A DNA stretch of 64,000 nt from Vicinamibacteria bacterium (GTDB taxonomy: Bacteria; Acidobacteriota; Vicinamibacteria; Vicinamibacterales; JAENWD01), in assembly GCA_963697705.1 (NCBI GenBank), contig CAVOPA010000017.1, forward strand, positions 75,126 to 139,125. The letters are read 5' to 3'. The translations under genes were made by a program, and so were the position numbers. The number at the start of each line of letters is the position of its first letter. Positions within the stretch are counted from its first letter, which is position 1. The notes under the pieces are model-generated. The model ran no database searches, was not told the DNA's origin, and worked only from the letters and a program-made list of their open reading frames with translations. Shown here piece by piece: positions 44,567 through 52,106 of the stretch.

Positions 44567-46322
44567 AGCCCCCGCTGTCCCCGCCGCCACACCGAGCGGG
44601 GACGCGGAGCCGGTGACCGAGTTCGCCGAGCTGCGGTCGCTCATCATCGGCCCGGAACAGCGTGAGCTGCGCGCGCTCGAAGCGCGGCTGGACGATCGCG
44701 GCCGCGTGGCGCGTGACGTCAGCGAAGTGCTGCCGGAGGCCGTTCTCCTGCGCAAGCACGACCCGCACCTGACGCGTGCGCTCGCGCCGACGATCGAAGA
44801 AGCCATCACCACCTCGGTTCGCCAGAACCCGCAGCCGCTGGCCGACGCGCTGTTCCCGGTCATCGGGCCGGCGATCCGCAAGGCCATTGCCGCCAGCCTC
44901 AGCGGCATGCTCGAGTCCCTCAACCGCACCCTCGAGCACAGCCTGTCGTGGCGGGCCCTCCAGTGGCGCCTCACGGCGCTCAGAACGGGGAAGTCGTTCG
45001 CCGAGGTCGTGCTGCTCAACACGCTGGTCTACCGCGTGGAGCAGGTGCTGCTCATCGATCGCCGGACCGGACTGCTCCTGCAGCACGTGACGGACGGCTC
45101 CGCGCCGCCGCAGGACGCGGACATGGTCTCCGGCATGCTCACGGCCATCCGTGACTTCGCCCACGATTCCTTCCGCGTGGCGGAACACGAAGCGCTCGAG
45201 ACGCTGCAGGTGGGGGACGTCACGGTCTGGATCGAGCAGGGCCCGTACGCGATTCTCGCGGCCGTGATTCGAGGCACCGCCCCGCACGAACTGCGCACGG
45301 CGCTTCAGGAGGCGCTCGAGTACGTCCACGCGTACCACGGCGACGCGCTTCGCGAGTACAGCGGCGACGCGGCGCCCTTCCAGGCTGTACGTCCAGCCAT
45401 GGAGGCGTTGCTGCAAGCGCAGTATCGCCGCACCGAGAAGCCGGTCTCGCCGCTGATCTGGGTTGGCATCCTCATCGTCGTGCTGGTCGCAGGGATCTGG
45501 CTGGCGTTCGCGCTGCAGGCGCGGGCGCGATGGCAGGGATACATCGATGCGCTCCGGGCGGAGCCCGGGATCGTCGTGGTCTCAACCGAGCGACGTGGCG
45601 GCCAACGCATCGTCACCGGGCTGCGCGACCCGCTGGCGCGCGATCCGAGGTCACTCGTCGCCGCACATCAGATCGACCCAGAAAGCGTGACGGGCAGCTG
45701 GCGATTCTACCAGGCGCTCGATCCGGAGCTGGTGCTGCGGCGGGCCCGGCAGATCCTCCGGCCGCCGCCGGGCCTGACGTTACGGCTGGCCAATGGAGTT
45801 CTGATTGCGGAGGGCGCAGCCCCAGCCAACTGGATCATCGAGAGCACCCGGATCGCGCCCGCGATTGGCGGCGTGCTGAGCTATGATCCGGCCGGCGCGG
45901 TGAACGCGGCGATCGCCGACCTCGCAGGCCAGCTCGAGACCCAGCCCCTGCTCTTCGTCCGCGGGTCGGACGCGCTGGCGCCTGGAAGCGCGGACGTGCT
46001 GCAGTCGCACCTCACCCGCGTGCGTGCGCTCGACGAGCTCGCCGCTGCGACAGGACGCCGCGTCGCGCTCGAGATCACCGGGCACGCCGACAGCGATGGG
46101 CCGTCGGAGGCGAACGACCCGCTCAGCCTGCGGCGCGCCGAGCGCGTGCGCGCCGCGTGCGAGGGGGAGCGGCTCACGTCGACCACCATTCTTACCCGAA
46201 GCGTCGGCAGCCGGGAGCCGCTCGGAGAGAGCGTCGTCGAAGCTGACAAGCAGCGCAACCGCCGGGTGTCGTTTCGCGTGCGGCCGGCCGCCGGCGCGCC
46301 CAGCAAGGTGACGCCGCGATGA
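44559..46322 (+). CDS. bitopic membrane protein: cytosolic Roadblock/LC7-like region - TM helix - periplasmic OmpA/MotB-type peptidoglycan-binding domain
   Basis: 587 aa. Residues about 155-262: VYRVEQVLLIDRRTGLLLQHV...DADMVSGMLTAIRDFAHDSF...VGDVTVWIEQGPYAILAAVIRG. TM helix PLIWVGILIVVLVAGIWLAFAL (aa 298-319). The C-terminus ITGHADSDGPSEANDPLSLRRAERV...NRRVSFRV is an OmpA_C-like signature. Confidence 0.8.
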   Translation: MREAPAVPAATPSGDAEPVTEFAELRSLIIGPEQRELRALEARLDDRGRVARDVSEVLPEAVLLRKHDPHLTRALAPTIEEAITTSVRQNPQPLADALFPVIGPAIRKAIAASLSGMLESLNRTLEHSLSWRALQWRLTALRTGKSFAEVVLLNTLVYRVEQVLLIDRRTGLLLQHVTDGSAPPQDADMVSGMLTAIRDFAHDSFRVAEHEALETLQVGDVTVWIEQGPYAILAAVIRGTAPHELRTALQEALEYVHAYHGDALREYSGDAAPFQAVRPAMEALLQAQYRRTEKPVSPLIWVGILIVVLVAGIWLAFALQARARWQGYIDALRAEPGIVVVSTERRGGQRIVTGLRDPLARDPRSLVAAHQIDPESVTGSWRFYQALDPELVLRRARQILRPPPGLTLRLANGVLIAEGAAPANWIIESTRIAPAIGGVLSYDPAGAVNAAIADLAGQLETQPLLFVRGSDALAPGSADVLQSHLTRVRALDELAAATGRRVALEITGHADSDGPSEANDPLSLRRAERVRAACEGERLTSTTILTRSVGSREPLGESVVEADKQRNRRVSFRVRPAAGAPSKVTPR

Positions 46323-46816
46323 TCCAGAAGAAGATCTGCATGCTCGGGGCGACCGGGGTCGGCAAGACGAGCCTCGTGTCCCGGTTTGTCAGCAGCCTGT
46401 TCTCCGACAAGTACCTGACGAGCGTTGGCGTCAAGGTGGACAAAAAGACGATCAGTTTCGGAGGCGAGGAGGTCACGCTGGTGCTCTGGGACATCTACGG
46501 CGAGGACACGTTCCAAAGCGTTCGCTCGTCGTACCTCCGGGGCGCGGCCGGCTACCTGCTGGTTGCGGACGGGACACGGCAGCTCACGCTCGACACCGCG
46601 CGCTCGCTGCAGAAGACGGCCGCAAGCGTCGCTGGCCGCGTGCCGTTCGTGCTCGCGCTCAACAAGGCAGACCTCATTGCCGACTGGCAGGTCGACGACA
46701 AGGCGCTCTGGAAGATAGCCGACGAGGGCTGGCCGATCGTGCGCACCAGTGCCCTGTCGGGCGCGGGCGTCGAGGAAGCGTTTCTGGCGCTCACTCGTGC
46801 GATGGTCGGGACCTGA
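46319..46816 (+). CDS. Ras/Rab-like small GTPase (165 aa)
   Basis: G1 GATGVGKT, switch I YLTSVGV, G3 WDIYGED, G4 NKAD, G5 SALSG. The ATG overlaps the upstream stop (ATGA). Confidence 0.85.
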   Translation: MIQKKICMLGATGVGKTSLVSRFVSSLFSDKYLTSVGVKVDKKTISFGGEEVTLVLWDIYGEDTFQSVRSSYLRGAAGYLLVADGTRQLTLDTARSLQKTAASVAGRVPFVLALNKADLIADWQVDDKALWKIADEGWPIVRTSALSGAGVEEAFLALTRAMVGT

Positions 46817-46838
46817 GACGGATGGGGGGACATGACAC

Positions 46839-47438
46839 GTGTCGAACGCAGTGCTCGCCGATATCTGCCTGGCCCTCGATTTCGTCGTGCTCGAACGCCT
46901 CGAGGGCGGATTCGTACGTGTCGGCGATCACCCGCTGCCGCCGTGGTTCGTCCGGGTCTTCATCCGGGCGCGGAACGAAGGTTCAGAGGTGGTCCTCAGC
47001 GACGTGTTTCCCGTGCTCGACTCGTTTCTCGTCGAAGCCGACCTGTTCTGGGACAGGGTCGGTGATGGCCGGCTCGCAAGCGAACCGTTCATCGTCACCG
47101 ATTCGCTCGGCGACGACCTGGCGGTGGTGGCCACGGCCGTGGGACGCAACCTCCGGCGCTACCTCCTGATGCAGCCCGACGCCTCGTTTCCTGAACGGCG
47201 GCGAGTCCTGCAGCTCGCCCGCGAACAGGCGCTCGTCCACGAGCAGGTGGTGCGGCAGATACAGGAGCTCCGGCCGCCGGTTGCCACCCTCGCGCGCGTG
47301 ACCGCCGGCCTGGCAGCCAGCGCGACGAGCGACGCGGCACGCGCGCAGATCGAAACGATAACGAGCCAGGTGGGCAGCCTGCAGCGGATCCTGAGCGAGC
47401 TGCCGCAGCGATCCCGGGGCGGATCGCCGACGCGCTGA
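46839..47438 (+). CDS. hypothetical protein (199 aa), last gene of the GTPase operon
   Basis: GTG 46839 lies 22 nt after the GTPase stop, behind G-rich SD GGATGGGGGGA. It has an N-terminal roughly 120-aa globular region and a C-terminal helical/coiled segment (RRRVLQLAREQALVHEQVVRQIQEL). No motif was recognised. Confidence 0.55.
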   Translation: MSNAVLADICLALDFVVLERLEGGFVRVGDHPLPPWFVRVFIRARNEGSEVVLSDVFPVLDSFLVEADLFWDRVGDGRLASEPFIVTDSLGDDLAVVATAVGRNLRRYLLMQPDASFPERRRVLQLAREQALVHEQVVRQIQELRPPVATLARVTAGLAASATSDAARAQIETITSQVGSLQRILSELPQRSRGGSPTR

Positions 47439-47550
47439 ACGGCGGGCCCCGCCACACGCAGCTGCCAGCCCGGCGCGCTTGCATCCGCTGCAACCCTGTC
47501 GGCCGTGGCGGCGAGAGGTCCTTCGACATCATCGCCAGCGCGTGTGCGCC

Positions 47551-47559
47551 TGTTATCAT
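47551..47559 (+). promoter_or_regulatory. extended -10-like element TGTTATCAT, 9 nt upstream of the IMPDH-family ATG (possible leaderless mRNA)
   Basis: gccTGTTATCATcaacgccccATG; there is no SD between the box and ATG 47569. Confidence 0.3.
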
Positions 47560-47568
47560 CAACGCCCC

Positions 47569-49074
47569 ATGACACTCCGCGAGCTCGTTCACGGCTGTAC
47601 GTTCGACGACATCCTGCTGGCGCCGCAATTCAGCCTGGTCGAGAGCCGCGACCCCGCCGCGATTGACCTGTGCTCCCGCCTGACCCGCCGGCTGACGATC
47701 AACCGCCCGGTGGTATCGGCCAACATGGATACGGTCACCCGCGCGCCGATGGCAATCGTCATGGCGGAGGAAGGTGGCATTGGGATCATCGATCGCGGCT
47801 TTCGGCCCGGCGACATCGGACCGCAGGTGCGCGAAGTCCAGGTGGTCAAGCGCTCGCAGCACGGCGTGATCCGCGATCCGTACACGATTCAGCCCGATGC
47901 CACCGTGGCGGAAGCCGCCGTTGCGATGCTGCGATCCCGCGTCGGCACGCTGGTGGTCGTCGACGGCTCGGGCAAGCTCGTCGGGCTGCTCACCGAGCGC
48001 GACATCCGGTTCCTGAGCGACAGCACGGCGCGCGTGGCGGAGCGGATGACGCCTCGCGATCAGCTGGTACTGCACGAGGGTGAGCTGTCGTTGCCAGCCG
48101 CCGAGCGTCTGATGATCGAGCGGAAGGTCAAGAAGCTGCCGCTCGTCGCCGGCGATGGCACCCTGCTCGGGCTCATCACGTCGAGAGACTTGCTGCGGCA
48201 GCGGCGCCTGCCGTTTGCCTCGCGGGACGATCTCGGCCGCCTGCGGGTGGGCGCGGCAATCGGCGCACGAGGTGACTTCATCGAGCGCGCGGCCGAGCTG
48301 CTGCGTGCCGGTGCCGACCTGCTGGTGATCGACATCGCCCATGGTCACTCGCTGGTCATGGAACGCGCGCTCGCGGCCGTGCGCGCGCGGTTCCCGGACG
48401 CAGAGGTGATTGCAGGGAACGTGGCGACTGCCGAGGGGGCGCGCTTTCTCGCGGATCGCGGCGCCAGTGCGGTGAAGGTCGGCATCGGCCCTGGCGGTGG
48501 TTGCACCACGCGCATCACCACCAGCTTCGGCGTGCCGCAGCTGCAGGCGCTCGTGGACTGCCGCGCCGCTCTGGGCGGCGAACTGCCGATCATTGCGGAC
48601 GGCGGCATCAAGCGACATGGCAGCCTCTGTGAGGCGTTGCTCATGGGCGGCGACACCGTGATGCTCGGCAGCGCGTTCGCCGGCACCCAGGAGTCGCCGG
48701 GCGAGATCGTGCAGAAGTCCGTCCTGCTGCCCGAATCCCAGAAGCCGGTGCAAGTGCCCTTCAAGGTGCTGCGCGGCATGGCATCGATCCAGGCGATCAA
48801 GGATCGACTCGACGTCGAGGATGCCGACCTCATCGACCTGCAGGCGCTCGGCGCCGAGGGGATGGAGGTCAGCGTGCCCCTTCGCGGGTCGGCACGCAGC
48901 GTGTTCCAGGACATGATGCGGCACCTCTGCTCGTCGATCAGTTACGGCGGCGCAGATAGCCTGGCCGGACTCCGTGCGCGTTTCGATGCTGACCCGATGC
49001 GGTACGTCATCAAGCTGTCGCCGGCAGCCCGCCGCGAGTCATACGAACGGGGAGGGCTAAAGGCCAAGGGCTAA
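47569..49074 (+). CDS. IMP dehydrogenase/GMP reductase family protein with CBS pair
   Basis: ATG 47569 inside ORF 47479..49074. FDDILLAPQ, VSANMDTVT, two CBS motifs, catalytic loop GIGPGGGCTTR, IIADGGI, GSAFAG. The stop codon lies inside the GGGCTAA repeat. Confidence 0.9.
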   Translation: MTLRELVHGCTFDDILLAPQFSLVESRDPAAIDLCSRLTRRLTINRPVVSANMDTVTRAPMAIVMAEEGGIGIIDRGFRPGDIGPQVREVQVVKRSQHGVIRDPYTIQPDATVAEAAVAMLRSRVGTLVVVDGSGKLVGLLTERDIRFLSDSTARVAERMTPRDQLVLHEGELSLPAAERLMIERKVKKLPLVAGDGTLLGLITSRDLLRQRRLPFASRDDLGRLRVGAAIGARGDFIERAAELLRAGADLLVIDIAHGHSLVMERALAAVRARFPDAEVIAGNVATAEGARFLADRGASAVKVGIGPGGGCTTRITTSFGVPQLQALVDCRAALGGELPIIADGGIKRHGSLCEALLMGGDTVMLGSAFAGTQESPGEIVQKSVLLPESQKPVQVPFKVLRGMASIQAIKDRLDVEDADLIDLQALGAEGMEVSVPLRGSARSVFQDMMRHLCSSISYGGADSLAGLRARFDADPMRYVIKLSPAARRESYERGGLKAKG

Positions 49075-49266
49075 GGGCTAAGGGCTGAAGGCGGGGCCAC
49101 GGACCAAACGACATGCCGGTTCCGCTGTGTTCCGCGCCGTGGCGTTCGCTGTAGCGTTCAGCGTTTCTGAGACCCTTAGCCCCGGCCCTGAGCGCCTGCC
49201 CTGAGCGTGGCCCTCAGCCCTCAGCCCTCAGCCCTCAGCCCTTAGCCCTCAGCCCTTGGCCCCTGT
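49054..49266. repeat. inverted pair of heptanucleotide arrays: (GGGCTAA/GGGCTGA)n ... (CCCTCAG/CCCTTAG)n
   Basis: Left arm 49054-49095: gggctaa aggccaa gggctaa gggctaa gggctga aggcggg. Right arm: degenerate units from 49173, then ccctcag x4, cccttag, ccctcag, cccttgg (49211-49259). The arms are mutually complementary. Confidence 0.9.
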
Positions 49267-49276
49267 GGAGCTCGCC

Positions 49277-49858
49277 ATGTCCCTGAACATCGTGTTGATC
49301 TATGGCTCGGTGCGCAGCGATCGGCAGGGAATCCGCGCGGCCCGCTTTGCCGAGCGCAGCCTGACGGCTCGCGGGCACGCGGTGTCGTTCGTCGACGCCC
49401 TCGAGGTGAAGCTCCCGCTGCTCGACCGGATGTACAAGGAGTACCCCAAAGGGGAGGCCCCGGCGGAGCTCGAGACCCTCGCGGCCCTGTATCGCGCGGC
49501 GGATGCGTTCGTGATCGTCACGGGCGAGTACAACCACAGCGTCCCGCCAGCGCTGACGAACCTGCTGGACCACTTCCTCGAGGAGTATTTCTTCCGGCCG
49601 TCGGCCATCGTGTCGTATTCAGGCGGTCAGTTCGGCGGCGTCCGCGCCGCCGTTCACCTGCAGGCAATTCTCTGCGAGCTCGGCATGCCGAGCATCGCGA
49701 GCACGTTCCCGGTGCCGCGCGTCTCGGCGGCATTCGACGAGCAGGGCCAGGAGCTCACGCCCGGCGCAGGCCGCCGGTTCGATCGCTTCGCCGCGGAGCT
49801 CGAATGGTACGCCGAGGCGCTGAGGCGACAGCGGCAGGAAAAGGGGAATCCGTACTGA
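49277..49858 (+). CDS. NADPH-dependent FMN reductase (flavodoxin-like fold)
   Basis: ATG 49277 follows GGAG. MSLNIVLIYGSVRSDRQG, FVIVTGEYNHSVPPALTNLLDH, YSGGQFGG. Confidence 0.85.
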   Translation: MSLNIVLIYGSVRSDRQGIRAARFAERSLTARGHAVSFVDALEVKLPLLDRMYKEYPKGEAPAELETLAALYRAADAFVIVTGEYNHSVPPALTNLLDHFLEEYFFRPSAIVSYSGGQFGGVRAAVHLQAILCELGMPSIASTFPVPRVSAAFDEQGQELTPGAGRRFDRFAAELEWYAEALRRQRQEKGNPY

Positions 49859-49868
49859 TCACAGACAT

Positions 49869-49987
49869 GTCGGATGTCGGATGTCGGATGCTGGATGCTG
49901 GATGCCCGATGCGGAAGTGCCGATGGTGGCCCAGTTCGCGTTCGCATCCGACATGCTGCATTCGACATCCTGCATCCGACATCCAAT
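49869..49987. repeat. inverted pair of heptanucleotide arrays: (GTCGGAT/GCTGGAT)n ... (ATCCGAC/ATCCTGC)n
   Basis: Left arm: gtcggat x3, gctggat x2, gcccgat (49869-49910). Right arm: atccgac atgctgc attcgac atcctgc atccgac atccaat (49946-49987). ATCCGAC is the reverse complement of GTCGGAT. Confidence 0.9.
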
Positions 49988-50012
49988 GGCTCCTGCGCCA
50001 TAATCCTCGGCA

Positions 50013-51194
50013 ATGCCCTCCTCGTCGCGTACCCGCTTGATGGCGTCGGCCATTGCGGGCCAGTGGATCTTCGGCATCATCCTGGCGCTCCTGGGGCAGT
50101 TGTTCGGTATTCCCGCGGCGACTGCGCATGCCGGACTCGATCTCAATCGGCAGGCGTGGCTGCTGCTGGCGCTCTTCACGGGACAGCTGCTGTTCACGGC
50201 TGGTGCCGGTCGAGTCGTCGATCGCCTCGGGAGCACGCGTGTGCTCGCGGCCGGATCGTTGCTGATGGCCGCCGCCCTGTTTCTGCTGGCGTTTGCCGGT
50301 GACTTCGCGCAGGCGCTGTTCGCTGCGGTGCTCATGAGCCTGGGAGGAGCGGCCGTGAACGCGGCGGCAAACACGCTGGTTTCGAACCTCTATGGCGAAC
50401 GCCGCGGGCCCATGCTGAACGTGCTCGGCGTCTTCGGCGCCGCCGGCTCCGTCTCGGTCCCGCTCGCGTTCAGCGGCGTCTCTTCGTACGAGCAGGCACG
50501 CACGCGCCTCCTGGTGCTCGCCACCGTGTGTGCGATCGCCGGCGTTCTCCACCTGCTCCAGCCGCGGCCACCGCAGGTCGCCGCAGCAGCCCACGAACAG
50601 CTGGCGACCCGATCGGCGTTGAGCGATCCGTGGATTGTCGCCTTGATTCTGCTGCTCATCCTCGACTTCGGCAACGAAGCGGTCATGGCGGGATGGATCG
50701 CGCCGTACACGCTGGCCGCCGTGCCCCGCGCGTCGGCAACCATGATGGTCGGCCTCTACTGGGGCGCGCTCGCCGTCGGCCGCATGCTGATGCCGTTCGT
50801 CCTGGCGCGCATGTCAAAGCTGATGCTGCTCGGATTCGCGTCGTCGCTCGCCGCGGCGGGCTTCGCTGCCATCAGCGTCGCAGCCACGCCGCTGACCCTC
50901 GGCATCGTCGTGCTGCTCACCGGCCTCGCCATCTCGCCCATGGCGCCGACCGCACTTTCGGTAGCCGGGGATCGGTACGAGCGCAACACCGGCGCCGTGT
51001 TCGGACTGCTGCTGTCGGTCGCCCAGTTGGGCGGCATGATCATCCCATGGCTCGTGGCGCGCGTGGCAGGACAGGCAGGGTTCCGCGCCGCCATCCTCGT
51101 GTCGTGCGGATGCGGCGTTACCATGGCCGTCCTGATCTGGTCGATGGTCCTCCGGAGCCGCCGGGCGGCGATAGCGGCAGCAGAGCCACGATGA
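50013..51194 (+). CDS. MFS transporter (12 TM)
   Basis: 393 aa, predominantly hydrophobic, with an MFS-like loop (GRVVDRLGSTRVL) between TM2 and TM3 and a central hydrophilic loop. Confidence 0.8.
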   Translation: MPSSSRTRLMASAIAGQWIFGIILALLGQLFGIPAATAHAGLDLNRQAWLLLALFTGQLLFTAGAGRVVDRLGSTRVLAAGSLLMAAALFLLAFAGDFAQALFAAVLMSLGGAAVNAAANTLVSNLYGERRGPMLNVLGVFGAAGSVSVPLAFSGVSSYEQARTRLLVLATVCAIAGVLHLLQPRPPQVAAAAHEQLATRSALSDPWIVALILLLILDFGNEAVMAGWIAPYTLAAVPRASATMMVGLYWGALAVGRMLMPFVLARMSKLMLLGFASSLAAAGFAAISVAATPLTLGIVVLLTGLAISPMAPTALSVAGDRYERNTGAVFGLLLSVAQLGGMIIPWLVARVAGQAGFRAAILVSCGCGVTMAVLIWSMVLRSRRAAIAAAEPR

Positions 51195-51868
51195 AGATAC
51201 CGTCCGCGGTCCTGTTCGATCTCGACGGCACGCTGATCGATACGACGGAGCTGATTCTGGCGTCGTGCCGGCATACGTTCCAGCGTCATCTGAAGGATGG
51301 ATGTCCTCCGCGTGAGGCGCTGATCGCGACGTTCGGACGTTCGCTGCCCGAATCGCTGCTCGAGACCGCGATCGCCGAAGGCGTCGCGAATCCGCATGCG
51401 CTGGCCGCCGAGATGCTTGCCACCTACCGCGCACACAACGATGAACACCACGATGCGCTGATCCGTCCCTTCAACGGCATCGATGCGATGCTCGCGGCGC
51501 TCCGCGCGGCGGGACTGCGCCTCGCGGTCGTGACGAGCAAGCGAGAACGATCGGCGCGGCTCGGGATGGCACGATACGGGCTGGCCGACTTCTTCGAGGT
51601 GGCGATCTTTCACGACGATACGGTTCTCCACAAGCCAGATCCGGCACCGCTCGTGGAAGCTGCCCGGCGGCTGGACGTGCCGCCGGCGGCAGCAACCTAT
51701 GTTGGCGACAGCGTGCATGACGTCGCGGCAGGACGTGCTGCCGGCATGCGCACCATTGCCGCCGCATGGGGCCCGTTTCCGCGCGCTCACCTGCTGGATG
51801 CCCGCCCGGACCACGTCGCCGACACTCCCGCCGCGGTCGTGGAACTCATCCAGGCGCGGCACGAGTAG
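51191..51868 (+). CDS. HAD-superfamily hydrolase (phosphoglycolate phosphatase / PpaX-like, subfamily IA)
   Basis: The ATG overlaps the MFS stop (ATGA). Motif I VLFDLDGTLIDT, motif II VVTSK, motifs III/IV K...YVGDSVHDVAAGRAAG. Confidence 0.85.
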   Translation: MKIPSAVLFDLDGTLIDTTELILASCRHTFQRHLKDGCPPREALIATFGRSLPESLLETAIAEGVANPHALAAEMLATYRAHNDEHHDALIRPFNGIDAMLAALRAAGLRLAVVTSKRERSARLGMARYGLADFFEVAIFHDDTVLHKPDPAPLVEAARRLDVPPAAATYVGDSVHDVAAGRAAGMRTIAAAWGPFPRAHLLDARPDHVADTPAAVVELIQARHE

Positions 51869-51895
51869 GGACGCGGGCCAGTGAGGTTCGAGTGC

Positions 51896-52085
51896 GGTAT
51901 CTTCGCGTAGTGCGACCGGTATCTTCGCGCAGTGCCGACCGGAGCCTTCGCGTAGCGCTGACCCTGAGGTCGGCCCGGAATCTTCGCGTAGCGCCGACCT
52001 TGAGCTCGGCCCGGTATCATCGCGTAGTGCCGACCTTGAGGTCGGCCCGGTATCGTCGCGTAGTGCCGACCTTCAGGTCGGCCCC
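51896..52085. repeat. tandem array of about 6 copies of a 36-37-bp REP-like unit (GGTATCxTCGCGTAGYGCCGACCTTGAGGTCGGCCC)
   Basis: Units start at 51896, 51918, 51947 (5'-truncated), 51977, 52013 and 52049. Each complete unit contains the hairpin GCCGACC-tt(g/c)a-GGTCGGC. There are no unique spacers between units. Confidence 0.9.
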
Positions 52086-52106
52086 GGGGGGCAGGCTAGC
52101 TAACCG

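Noticed and set aside
51896-52085. Regularly spaced 36-bp repeats, considered as a possible CRISPR array
   Set aside because: The units are directly adjacent with no unique spacers, they degrade towards the 5' end, and no cas genes are present. A REP/BIME-like tandem array fits better.
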